The notes below the pieces were generated by a model. That model saw nothing but the letters and a program-made list of their open reading frames with translations, made no database searches and was not told where the DNA came from. A program made the translations under genes and the position numbers. Of a DNA stretch of 64,000 bases, positions 52,437 to 64,000 are shown piece by piece; position 1 is the first letter of the stretch, and each line of letters begins with the position of its first letter. The stretch is from Octopus vulgaris (lineage: Eukaryota), in assembly GCA_951406725.2 (NCBI GenBank), contig OX597823.1:23250001-23314000 (forward strand), in the 5' to 3' direction.

Positions 52437-54092
52437 GGCCATCTCTCTCTATATATATATAGGAAGTGTCATTATCATCATTTAATGTCCATTTTCCAAG
52501 CTGACAAGGGTTGAATGATTTGACAGCATCCAGCAAGGTGGAAGGCTATGTTGAGCTCCCATGTCAGTTTTGGCATGGTTTCTAAGATAGCTAGATGCAC
52601 CTCCTAACACTAGCCACTTTACAGTGTATACTGAATACTCTTTTTCATCCACTGACACTAGGGAGATTGCCAAGGAACTTGCAAGACCGGAAAAGAACAA
52701 GGAAAAAACCCCATCATGACTAAGTGAGGGGAGTATTTGAGAGGTGGGAGGTGGATTTATGCCTAGTGCTGCGAGTAAAACAGAAACAAGTATCTTGCTA
52801 AATAGGACATACATGGCTTCCCCAAGTACCTTGCTATATAGGACATACATGGTTTCCCCACTTTAGAAAAGGATGGAAGTAGCTGAGAAGATAATGATAA
52901 TAATAATGGGGTGCAAAAGTTAACTCTCAAAGTACAAGATGAACGTAAGAGAAAATACAGACAGTGGATCCAGCAGGGAAAGGGAGAGTGAGTAGTTTCA
53001 TATGGGTGTGAGGGGAGAGTAACAGATGGTTAGAGATGGGGATAGAGGAGAATGTAATGAGTGATGAACAAGGCTGGAGGTGTAGTTGATGGTAAATACC
53101 AGTATAGAGAGGGCATAAGGTGAGAGAGATAGTAGTGGCTTAGGAAGGAGGATAGGACAGAAGGTAAAGGGATGATGTGCAAGGTGCAGGAGAGATGGGG
53201 AGGAAGATGTAGTGATACATAAGGGTTACTACAGTGAGTGGGATGTAATGGAGGATATGACAGGGCATAGAGAAAAATAGCAGATATGTGAGGTGCAAAG
53301 ACTGAGTATAGTAGAGGAGAGAGTGAGAGATAACTGAAGGTAGAGAAAGGAAGTGATCAGTGAGAATAGAGTGGGAAGGCAAGGAGGATAATGAGAATGA
53401 GAAGTGAAAGTGGTTCCAGGAGGGAATGCAAAGGAAGAGGGGAAGTAATAGATGCTTGATCCTGCTTTCATGTTATTACAGCCACTGTGTGGTTCCATAG
53501 ATAGAGAAGTGATGGAGAGCTGGGTGTTTAAATGAATGAAATTCTGGAATGTTTGATTGTACAGAATGGGTGTAGGGACAGGGCCTAGCACACAAGCATA
53601 AACAACATGATTTTATGACATCACCTTTTGTTGTGATTAATGAATCTTCTCAAGCACAGCAAATTATCCATCATCCTTTGTAATTTCCATGAGGCTCAGC
53701 ATCTTGAGATCACCCTTTACGACTTCATCTCATATCTTTCTGGACCTCTCTCTTCTACAAGTTCATCTACTTTAAGTGACCAGCACTTTATGCAGCTGTC
53801 CTCATGGATACACATGACATGACCAAAACAGCATAGTCTTTTCTCTTGTACGCTACACCTGATTCCTCTTATGCCTAATTGTCCTCTCAATAATTTAGCA
53901 CATTGTCATACATGCACACTGACATTGCACATCTAACAGAGCATACTGGTTTCATTCCTCTCTAGTCTTTGCAGGTCTTCTGCATTCAGGGCCCATGTCT
54001 AACTACCATGTAGGACTGCTGTTTATACAGAAGCATCATACAATTCACCTTTCACTCTGAATGAGATACCTTTTGTTGCCAACAAAGGTCAC

Positions 54093-54305
54093 CTGCCAGT
54101 GAACTATCTCTTCCAGCCTATGGCGTTTGAGACGTTTGGAGGGGCTGGGATGCTAATGGGGAAGTTCTTGTCATCATTGACAGCTCACCTTACTGAAGTG
54201 TTAGGTGATGCCCGTGAGGATGCTTGGCTGTTCCAACATCTTAGCCTTGCCATTGCCCATGGTAATGCCATGAGCATGTTGGCTTGCTTCAGTAGGTTTT
54301 ATTGA
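54093..54305 (+). mobile_element. CRE-clade non-LTR retrotransposon C-terminal fragment
   Basis: YLFQPMAFETFGG...GDAREDAWLFQHLSLAIAHGNAMS matches the F.P.A.ET.G ... L.Q.LS.AI.RGNA C-terminus of CRE-like REL elements. Confidence 0.7.
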
Positions 54306-55376
54306 ACCTTGAGGTGTGTGACTAATTGAGGCACTTGGTGTTGAATTGATGTATATTTTGTTTTTTCTTTTTTTCTTGCTACTCTTTTTCCACTTTTGAT
54401 TTTGGACATGCAAATGATTATATATATATATATCAGTCCACTTATGCATGCCTTTTCTTCATTGGACACTAAACTCTGCTTGTGAAGACCAGTTGAGGCA
54501 AGTGAAATCAAAGTCGAAATCAAACTCGGTGACTGGCATCTGTTGCTAGTGGAGCACTAAGAGTACCATACGAGTGAGATCATTGTCTGAGCAACAAAGT
54601 GGCCTTTGTGCCGGAGGGACGTTAAGCACACCATTCGAGCGTGATCGTTACCGTGTCACCTTACTACCACTTGTGCTGGTGGCACGTGAAACATTCGAGC
54701 AAGGACGTCGCCAGTGCTGCTGGACTGGTTCCTGTGCAGGTGGCACGTAAAAAGCACCATTTGGACGTGGCCGTTGCCAGTAACACTAAACTGGCCCTCG
54801 TGCCGGTGGCACGTAAAAGCATCCACTACACTCTCGGAGTGGTTGGCGTTAGGAAGAGCATCCAGCTGTAGAAATTCTGCCTGATCAGATTGGAGTCTGG
54901 TTCGCCAGACCTCAGTCAAATCGTCCAACCCATGCTAGCATGGAAAGCGGACGTTAAATGATGATGATGAAAATAATAATTGTTTCGGGTTTCGGATTTG
55001 GATTTTAATGAGGCATATTCGTGTAATTAAATATGTTGTAAATGAAATCGCAAAAGTGAATTGTTTTATAAACTCGCTCGTTATTGTTTAGCATGTAAAA
55101 AAACTTAAAAGGTTCTATATTCGGAAAAACAGAGAATTCAGATCAAAATTGCGTATTGGGTTGCCTCAAAAAATGATATGAGAGGAACACATGTACTCTC
55201 TGGTACCGTGTATAATAGAGTATGCAGGCGTTTTTTTTCATTTTCTCGCTCTCTTAAACTGTTATCTTTAGCAGTTCTAAATCAAAATCAAAGATATAGC
55301 ATATAATGAACTATTGTATATCACTAAATGATACAAAGCAAATATTATTTATTACTCTTCTAATAATTGGAATTTA

Positions 55377-56274
55377 GGCGATCTTTCGTTTGTAGTAGCA
55401 CGTTTCCGTCGATGATTTCCGTAAAAAACTTTTATTTTTTTACATATGGGCTTGTGGGAACATTTGAAGTAATGAGAGCGAAAGAGACTAAGAGAAAGCG
55501 ATTTTATGACGAGGGAATTTCTTTTGAAGTTACCGAAGCATTGATGTACATGTGTGCGTGTGTGTGTGTTTGATGGGGTGTGGGAGACAGACAGTATGTT
55601 GTGTAAGTAGAGTGCTTCTGTTAGTGTGTGTGAAGAGACAGAGAGAGTAATGTGTGAAAGAGAGAGATAACTGAAATTTTTTACTCAGTGTATGTGTATA
55701 TGTATGTATGCATGTATGTGTGTGTGTGTATGTATCTATGTATGTGTGTGTGTGTGTGTATGTATGTATGGCCGATTCAGTGTACACTGAATCGGCCATA
55801 CATACATACACACACACACACACATACATAGATACATACACACACACACATACATGCATACATACATATACACTGTACACTGAATCGGCCATACATACAT
55901 ACATACATACACACACACACATACATAGATACATACACACACACACATACATGCATACATACATATACACATACACCAAGTAAAAAATTTCAGTTATCTC
56001 TCTCTTTCACACATTACTCTCTCTGTCTCTTCACACACACTAACAGAAGCACTCTACTTACACAACAAACTGTCTGTCTCCCACACCCCATCAAACACAC
56101 ACACGCACACATGTACATCAATGCTTCGGTAATTTCAAAAGAAATTCCCTCGTCATAAAATCGCTTTCTCTTAGTCTCTTACTTCAAATGTTCCCACAAG
56201 CCCATATGTAAAAAAATAAAAGTTTTTTACGGAAATCATCGACGGAAACGTGCTACTACAAACGAAAGATCGCC
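55377..56274. mobile_element. Fold-back (Mutator/Foldback-like) non-autonomous element, palindromic, 8-bp TSD
   Basis: The left arm starting GGCGATCTTTCGTTTGTAGTAGCACG is the reverse complement of the right arm ending CGTGCTACTACAAACGAAAGATCGCC. TSD GGAATTTA at 55369-55376 and 56275-56282. The centre is the loopless palindrome GGCCGATTCAGTGTACACTGAATCGGCC (55770-55797). Confidence 0.85.
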
Positions 56275-56606
56275 GGAATTTATTTAATTTTCAATAAATG
56301 TTATATAAATAACACCTCAGGTCAAGCAGTTAGCTTTCAATGCCTTCTATTTAATTCATGAATTCGTCTTTCGTTTACATAATCCGCAGTTAATAATCAT
56401 TGACGCAAAAGAAAAAAAATTAAAGGATATTATATTAGCATAAAGATATTATATTATTATTACTATAAATTAGATTTATAATTACACTTAAATTAAAACT
56501 AATTTTGAATATAATACGTAAATGTTATGGATGTATGTTAAAATATTCAGTGCGGATCTAATTTGGGCGACCTTAGAAAGGGCGTCTGGAGATTTACATC
56601 GTTGTG

Positions 56607-56658
56607 ATGGCTGCATCTCTCCGGTCTCTGTCGTCGGCTGCAGTGTCAGCCAGACAGG
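56607..56658 (+). CDS. NDUFV1: NDUFV1 exon 1 (mitochondrial targeting peptide)
   Basis: MAASLRSLSSAAVSARQ+g is Ser/Ala/Arg-rich with no acidic residues. G|GTATGT donor, phase 1 matches the next exon. CpG-rich local context. Confidence 0.8.
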
Positions 56659-57658
56659 GTATGTATACACACATTCTTATTTCATATATTTTCATTCTAA
56701 ATCTCCCGGCTCCCCACGTGTAATTACCACCAGTTTGAATCCTGCGACTATTGACATTGTCGAGGTCGTGGAAATAATTTTTTCTTCTATAAGCACACGG
56801 CCTGCCCCTGAGAGCAAGAGAATAATTCCTCGCTGATTCCTCTTTTCTGTTTCCATCCCCGGTTCATTCCATTTCATTTCACACTTCATTTATGTTGTTA
56901 ATAGTATAACACCTAGAAAAGCATGAACGTTGCACAATTTTATTTTCCCCCTTCTTGCTTTATATAACAAATTATAATTTCATCTCTATAAGACCTCAAT
57001 TAACTGAGATCGATCAGCTAAGTACCTGCCAAATACTGATAGATTGAAATCAGTTTTCCGTAACTTAATATTCTCTATCGCCCATAGAGAAATGCCAATT
57101 TTATTTTATGTGAGTAGGGAAAACAAACTTGCTTAAGAAAATCAAGTGCATATATTTACCTGGACGAGTATCGTTTTATTATATAATTAGACCTTGAAAC
57201 TAAACAAGCGCAGAAAGTAAACATACATCGTAATAAAAGATTAATATATTTCATAATCAAATGGCATCTTAATACTTCAATTTAGAATATGAAGCATCCT
57301 GCAAGATATGTAAAAAAACCTTGCATTTCTGTTGTTTTGAGGATCCAAAACTTAAAATATACCTAACCCTGTTGTCTTCGAGATACCCCGTTCCATTTAA
57401 ACCATATTATCATTTCATTTCTTCTTTCAAATGTTATTCTTGTATTCTCGTGCAATTTGATATTTAATTTGAGAATAGGTCAAATGTTATCCTTCCATAA
57501 AGCATGTTATTTTGACAGCATTTCCATGATGTACTAATCGTCCATTCGGAGAACACACACACGCTGGAGTTTGTAACTAAATAAAAGTTTTTAAAATTTC
57601 ATCTTCCCATCATCACCACCATCATTTAATGTCCGTTTTCATACTGTCATGGGTTAGA

Positions 57659-57712
<54 letters not shown>

Positions 57713-57927
57713 TTAGATAACAGCCTGATTATGTAACCTTGTGCTCTCCAGAGATGGTGGTTATGGAATAATAATAATGAAATTATTGTATACAGTGCTC
57801 AGGTGCACCACAACTTGTCAGAAAGTGCATATAAAGTACATGAATATATTTATTCCATAACTGTTATACTAATACATCTGTTTGTTTTGTACACCATCTG
57901 TCTTCATCTTGTTTTTTTGTAAACTTT

Positions 57928-57967
<40 letters not shown>

Positions 57968-58119
57968 TTTATTTAAAAGCAGCAGAAATATAACAAAAGC
58001 TGTTACTCAGAGTTTCACGTTCCCGTTCGTCGGACATTTTTGTTAACAAAACTGTCCGAAGAACGGGAACGTGAAACTGAGTAACAGGTTTTGTTATATT
58101 TCTGCTGCGTTTAAATAAA
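57968..58119. ncRNA. 152-bp loopless palindrome with a hammerhead-like motif (CCGANGA variant) on each strand
   Basis: Centre TGTT|AACA. Plus strand 58052-58087: CTGT-CCGAAGA-ACG ggaa CGT-GAAA-CTGAG-TA-ACAG. Minus strand 58037-58000: ATGT-CCGACGA-ACG ggaa CGT-GAAA-CTCTGAG-TA-ACAG. Confidence 0.65.
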
Positions 58120-58220
58120 TACCACCGGTAGAGTAATATGCTTTTGAGTAGCCTTTTCCCCACCTTGTTTGACATTTATGTGCTTATTCCGGTATATATA
58201 TATATATATATATATATATC

Positions 58221-58490
58221 GAAGTGTACAGTATTATTTATCCATTACGGCTGATCTTACCAATTGGTTTTGCATTAGGGGTTCAACGGAGTGTTAGATA
58301 ACAGCCTGATTATGTAACCCTGTGCTCTCCAGAGATGGTGGTTATGGAACGAATATGTTTATTCCATAACTGTTATCTCTGAAGGGCATGGGGTTACATA
58401 ATCAGTCTGTTATTTCACACTCTGTTGAACCGCTACTATGAAATTGGTTGGTATGATTTGCTTTAATGAATATATAATACCGTGCACTTC
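58221..58490 (+). repeat. Ungapped 129-bp stem-loop (fold-back element), with a partial second copy at 57709-57866
   Basis: 58221-58349 pairs with 58362-58490 without indels and has a 12-nt loop. Adjacent to (TA)n. Confidence 0.9.
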
Positions 58491-59929
58491 AATTAATATA
58501 CCACTCTTTTGACAAATATAGGAGTGCATATTTTTTCTGTCTTATGGATTTTTAGATGGCTAAGCTAACTGGCTGCATTAGACTAGAGTCTGGTGCAGCC
58601 CCTCAGCTTACTTAACCCTGGTCAAACCATCCAGCATGGACAATGGATGCTAAATGATGATGATATATTTGCCTTTCTTTTGGTATTAATACATGAAGTA
58701 CCAGTTGAGGGCTATGAATTGATAAAATTGTTCAAGCAAAAGATGGGTTGCATTGAGGTATTTTTTCTGGCTTTTTACTTTCTGACCGTAATACCTGCGA
58801 TAGTACTGATACTTGACTGTAACAGCCTTACCTTTTCTTTGGACAACATTAATGATGTGAAGGGAAGAGACTTGCATGCATGAGCAACTGATAGTTTTCT
58901 GAGGAAAAAAAAAAATAAAAAGGTCCTGCACTTTGCAAGAGAATTTTGCAAGTGCAGACATCAGATATACTATAACATGACAAAAGTAATTGATATATAT
59001 ACACACAGGGCATTTATTTCTAAAACATACCTAACCCATGCTAGTATGGAAAACGGATGCTAAACGATGATGATGATGATGATGTAATCTAAAAAGAATG
59101 TACATGAATTTTAGAAAGAGTATTAGCCATACAGATATAGATTGAAGAATCATGTTCTGATATAATTCTGATACAGTCAAGAACATTGTTATTCAGAGTG
59201 TTATATCTGGTTTCTTCCATACAGTTGACAGATGACATTATAACAGTTCTTTCATAAAGAAAAGATCACTGTAATAAGTAGATCCAGTCGCATACAAAGT
59301 ATTGCAAGAAGAACTTGCACTGTAAGGCCACAGATGTATACCTGTAAAGTGGTGAGCTGTATGAGCAGAATAAAGGTGGTTTTGAGGTTCAGCTAGTTCT
59401 ATTCCACTGAGACTCTCCAGTGATGGTGCCACAAGAAAATACACCCAGTACACTCTGTAAAGCAGTTGGCATTAGGAAGGATATCCAGCATAGAAGCACA
59501 ACCAAATGACATCTAAGAGCACCTAGATTTTGGAAGTGGTGGTTCATAGCGGGAAGTGACTTGGGACCCTGACAGTCCATTCAGCTCATGCTAGTATGGA
59601 AATTGGATGTGAATGATAATGATACTCCTATTATTTCCTTCTATACCTTTAATCTGTCTGTTTGCTTTGACTATTGCATTAAATTACTCCCTGTTGCCTT
59701 TTGTCACATTCCTATTTCAATTTGACTAACCAACTTGTTTGTTCCCTTCATTTAGTCTTCAAATTCTAATTTCACCTGATTATAAAACACAAAAACTTCA
59801 ACTTTGTCTCATTGGTCTGGGAGTAAGGCAAGCAAAGGCAACAAACACTTCACTGCCACCTCTGACGAAATTATTAACAAATGTGTTTATATATGAATGA
59901 GTTAATTTCCACTTTCTATCTCTTTCCAG

Positions 59930-59994
59930 TCCAACTCACCAAAGCTGCTGTTGGTTACTCAGTTGTTAGAAATCAGACAACAAATTCCAAAAAG
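59930..59994 (+). CDS. NDUFV1: NDUFV1 exon 2
   Basis: TCTTTCCAG acceptor, VQLTKAAVGYSVVRNQTTNSKK, AAG|GTAATG donor. Phase 1-0 links exons 1 and 3 in frame. Confidence 0.8.
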
Positions 59995-60664
59995 GTAATG
60001 TTGAATTTACTGTCTATTTGCCTGATCTAGTCAAACAGAAGATTCAATATGGCTACAATATCAATTATCAAACTAGTCATGTTCTGTATAGAGTTTCCAA
60101 CAACATCCGGTGACTCAAATCCACCTACCTTCTCCATTGTAAACAACACCAAAACCAAAAGTTTACATATGAAGAGACTTAACAATAAAACAAATGCAAT
60201 ATGCCCCATTTGCTTCCCAGCACCTTATAAGTAAATATCTCTGTCTGAGGGACTTCTATGGGTGTGCTTAGATTCACTTAGTTAGTTTGAAGTGGATGAG
60301 ATAATATTCTCTAGGATACAATTGTGGTATATCTCAGCCTTCTGGCTTCCCAGACCCCAGTTGAACCGTCCAACCAATGCTAGCATGGAAAGCGGACGCT
60401 AAATGAAAATGATGATGATGTATCAGTTGGACAGGCTTTTAGAAGTTGATTTATGGTTTGATACCCTTTCTGTAACCAATGTATTTGGTGGTAAAACTCC
60501 ACCCTAAACTATCTTTAAATTGTTAAGTAATATGTGGAATTATTTCTAACCACAACAGAACTATTTAAAACTCTAGTTTCATAATTTTTCATGTTTTTCT
60601 TTTTGTCTATTTTAATTTTTTGTATGATTGGATACACTAATTATATTTTTATTTCTACCTTCAG

Positions 60665-60754
60665 AATGTTTATGGACCTTTAAAAGATGAGGACCGTATT
60701 TTTACCAACTTGTATGGTCGTCATGATTTCCGCTTAAAAGGTGCTTTAGCTAGG
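60665..60754 (+). CDS. NDUFV1: NDUFV1 exon 3
   Basis: [30 protein letters not shown], the conserved [16 protein letters not shown] motif of the 51-kDa subunit. Canonical splice sites. Confidence 0.97.
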
Positions 60755-63139
60755 GTAAGTCTTGTTATTTTCACCTAAGATTGTGTTGTAGAAAGTAGAA
60801 GTCCCATATTACAATTATCAGTAATACAATGGTAACATTGGAATTTTGCCTGAGAGAGTTTAGCAGTTAAGCAAGTTGAATCTTTTCCTTTGACATAATG
60901 CTGTACCTTTCTTTAGAAAACTCTTTCAAAGCAGAATTCTGGAATAGAAAAAGTTAAAAGGTAATTATTCAGTTCTGTTATGGAATCCTACTGTTAAATA
61001 GAACCTTCCTTATAAAATATCTATGTTGAGGGCCACAATTGGCTAATTTGTTAGTGCCAATTTTCATCTCAATATTTAACTACGATATTAAGTGTAACTT
61101 CTTCAATAAATAATATATAAAAAAGGTCACAATAGCATAGCTATATTGCACTGTATCCAAATTAAATACACATATCTTTCTAATCCCTTCTCACCATACT
61201 TCCAGCATCTGCTCTGTTCTAATTAATAGTCTGCACAGGACAGTTCTCATTTACAAGAAGGGAATAGAGAACTAGATGGGGAAAGATCTGTCCCACAGTA
61301 CCTGCTACAATACCGCAAATCTGCAACCATTTTGTCTGGAAACTGACAAAATAATGAAGAGCTATTTTCTGTAGCTGAAGGTCATGAATAAGAATTTTAA
61401 AATAGACTAAAGTAGAACTTCAGATATAAACTGTGAGCTATGTGGCAAAGATAAAAGTTTAACCGTTGTATATGCAAGTTGGTACAAGTTTAAGAATAAA
61501 TACAAATCAATATGTGGTTTGCATAAAGAAGATAGGCAAAAGATAAGTAAGAAGTAATCAAAAGAACAACATTTATAGAACTAATAGATATTATAGTTAA
61601 TATTTTTAAAGGAATTATATTGGTCTATTAATTAGGTTCACAAAAGATTCTTAAGTAAGAATTTATTAAAAAGTTACATAAATTCCAATTTTTATATATT
61701 ATTTTCCCTCTGTAACATTACTGCCACCAATTAAGTTTTCTTAATTGTTTTTCAATCTTTCTTAAATCTTCTACTTGTCAGTTGTATGAGAAACTTAGAA
61801 TTAATAGGGTTTTTGATATAGACTGATTAAAAATTCTTCTAACTAATGATTCCACGCAGTTATTTCCCTTTACTCAGTAATATATCTTTATCTCACTCCA
61901 GCAGTGGGACTGAACCTGGAACCACTTGTTTGCTAAGCGAACTTCTTAACTACATAGTCATACCCAAGCCTTTCATATGATGAAAAGCGTTTCAACTCTG
62001 ACCATTTTTTTTTTTTTTTTACCTGACTAGAGTATGTAAAGGACTGCATTAGCCAATGTGTCCGTGCTTCTTTAAGACAATGCATGTGATTTGAGGAGGA
62101 TTTAGCTATTATTTCTAGCAAGTTGTATGATCCCCTAGTAATTTCCTCATCGGTTAGCATATATTTATTTACAGACGGTGCCTCTGTATTTTGAAAAATT
62201 ATGTGTTGGTCTAATTTATGACATCTGCTAAATTAAAAGGAACAAATTATTATTGTTGCTATTATTACTATTGAGCTGGCAGAATCATTAGCACATCAGA
62301 CAAAATGCTTCACAGAATTTCTTCTGGCTTTATGTTCTAAGTTCAAACTCTGCCAAGGTAGATTTTTGCCTTATAATCCCTTTTGGGGTTGATAAAATTA
62401 GTACCACTTGAGCTCTGGAGTCAATTTAATTGACTAGACCCCCCCATATTGTAGAAAGGATTACTACTACTACTACTACTACTATTATTAAGGCAACTAG
62501 CTGGCAGAATCATTAGCTGCAAAGCATTTTGTCCATCTGCATGTTCCGAGTTCAAATCCTGCTGAGGTTGATTTTGCCTTTCATCCTTTCGGGGTCAATA
62601 AACACTGAAGTCAGTGTAATCAATTAATCCCCTCCCCTAAAATTTCAGGCCTTGTGCCTAAAGTAGAAAGCATTATTATTATTATTATTATTAAGATAAT
62701 GAAATAACAGAGCTAATGGAGTGCTAGAGTAAATATTTAGCAGTATTTTGGTACATCCATTATTGTTTCATATTCAAATTATCCTTTTCTTTAGTAGTCA
62801 ATAAAACAAGTATTGGCTGTATGCTGGTATTGATTTTATTAACTGTTCTTTACTTTTCTGGAAATTTGTAGATTTTAAGAAATCTAATTCTTGCTAATGA
62901 AACAACCTCTACATAGTTGATCAACTTGTTAGAAGTAGTTGCCAAATTCTTTCAAATCTCACACAGCCATCTTAAAAAAGGTAGGATACATTAAATAAGA
63001 AATTCTAGATATACAAAACGACTGGATGGACATGGCTGGAATGCATTTTATCATAGTTCTATTCAATCAAGGCTGTCCCGAGGTTAAAACGAGAAGGAAA
63101 TTATTGTTATTAATGTTATTGTTTAATGTCTTTTTGTAG

Positions 63140-63288
63140 GGTGACTGGTATAAGACTAAAGAAATTATTCTGAAAGGACATGAATGGATCCTGAAAGAAA
63201 CTGTCACGTCTGGCTTAAGAGGCCGTGGTGGAGCTGGTTTCCCAACTGGAATGAAATGGGGTTTCATGAATAAACCATCAGATGGGAG
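63140..63288 (+). CDS. NDUFV1: NDUFV1 exon 4 (NADH/FMN-binding glycine-rich motif); gene continues beyond the window
   Basis: [55 protein letters not shown] acceptor and AG|GTAAGA donor. Confidence 0.98.
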
Positions 63289-64000
63289 GTAAGACATTTT
63301 ATTTTTTCAGCTGTCCTTTTTTTTTTTATTTCCAAATTTCATTTGCAGGTGTTATTTCTTCAAAGGCATGTGAAATAAGAAGCAAGAGCACTCAGTTGTA
63401 AAACAAATCTGCAATAATATATTAAACTAAAACTAACCCATGCTAACATGGAAAAATGGAGGTAAAGTATATCAATGTAAAACTGTACATTTTTTTTTTT
63501 GACAGGAAAATGACTATGTCATTGCTAGTAACTGAATGATTTTCAAAGAAGTGAAAAGGTAAACAACATACAGGCGCACACATTGTTGTCATCATGTGTC
63601 ACATGTTTTTACAACATGTTGATGAAAGTCTTCTTAATTAAGCACAAGTTCTCCCATCAGATGAAGCCATAGCATTACTTTCATCTGGCTTTCTCATAGT
63701 GTTTTCTTGATAGAGATATTGGGGTTGGTTTGCCATTGTCTTCCTCAGCTGGATGACTGTTTGCCCACAGGGAGCTCATCCACCTTTCAGCAAATTATGT
63801 TTTTAGTCCTGTTGGGTTTATCCAGGCGGCCTCTTCACAAAAGTAGCAAACTGCCCAAGTGGGGGAGCTGGTTTAGTTGCCAACCACCCAACCATGAAAC
63901 AGGTAGCACTGGTTTACATAGTAACAGTAGCAGGCTTCATCAGCCTGTGATGAGATCCCTTACCTGACTATATACATACACAATCCATTTACAAATACAC

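Noticed and set aside
52790-52860. 36-bp tandem duplication
   Set aside because: A local slippage duplication inside a decayed repeat, with no sign of function.
52960-53450. Purine-rich tract as a coding exon
   Set aside because: Low-complexity GA-rich sequence with no consistent frame or splice signals. Similar tracts occur at 51150-51350 and (reverse) 45820-45990 next to family B repeats.
56488-56889. ORFs 56488-56670(-), 56522-56836(+) and 56692-56889(-) as independent genes
   Set aside because: No recognisable motifs. The region is explained by NDUFV1 exon 1 in a different frame plus CpG-rich intron start.
63197-63212. NDUFV1 ETVTS versus the more usual EIKTS as an RNA-editing-corrected site
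   Set aside because: A-to-I editing of ACT/GTC cannot restore Ile/Lys. It is most likely ordinary divergence at a variable position.

Overview
AT-rich, microsatellite- and SINE-dense animal genomic DNA. The repeat families look like those of an octopus/coleoid cephalopod (inference, not searched). Most ORFs in the supplied track are microsatellite or repeat noise. Two real spliced + strand genes can be assembled by hand with consistent GT-AG phases. (1) A complete 9-exon gene (CDS 19851-43525, 460 aa) for a secreted protein: signal peptide, PAN/apple, PAN/apple, CCP/sushi, GON domain, with no metalloprotease domain. (2) The first four coding exons of NDUFV1 (complex I 51 kDa subunit; 56607-63288, runs off the window). 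The rest is transposon debris: Chapaev3-like, Tc1-like, hAT MITEs, Penelope-like (GIY-YIG), R4/Dong, RTE, CRE, a zinc-knuckle ORF1-only element, and tRNA-derived SINEs. The most notable hidden layer is at least seven loci with minimal type-I hammerhead ribozyme motifs from several unrelated families. They lie mostly next to (TA)n tracts, and several sit in short non-coding fold-back elements, two of which carry a hammerhead motif on each strand. One ungapped 129-bp stem in NDUFV1 intron 1 has a strongly strand-biased G.U signature, suggesting RNA-level selection or fossilised A-to-I editing. A 0.9-kb palindromic element with an 8-bp TSD sits about 330 bp upstream of the NDUFV1 start.
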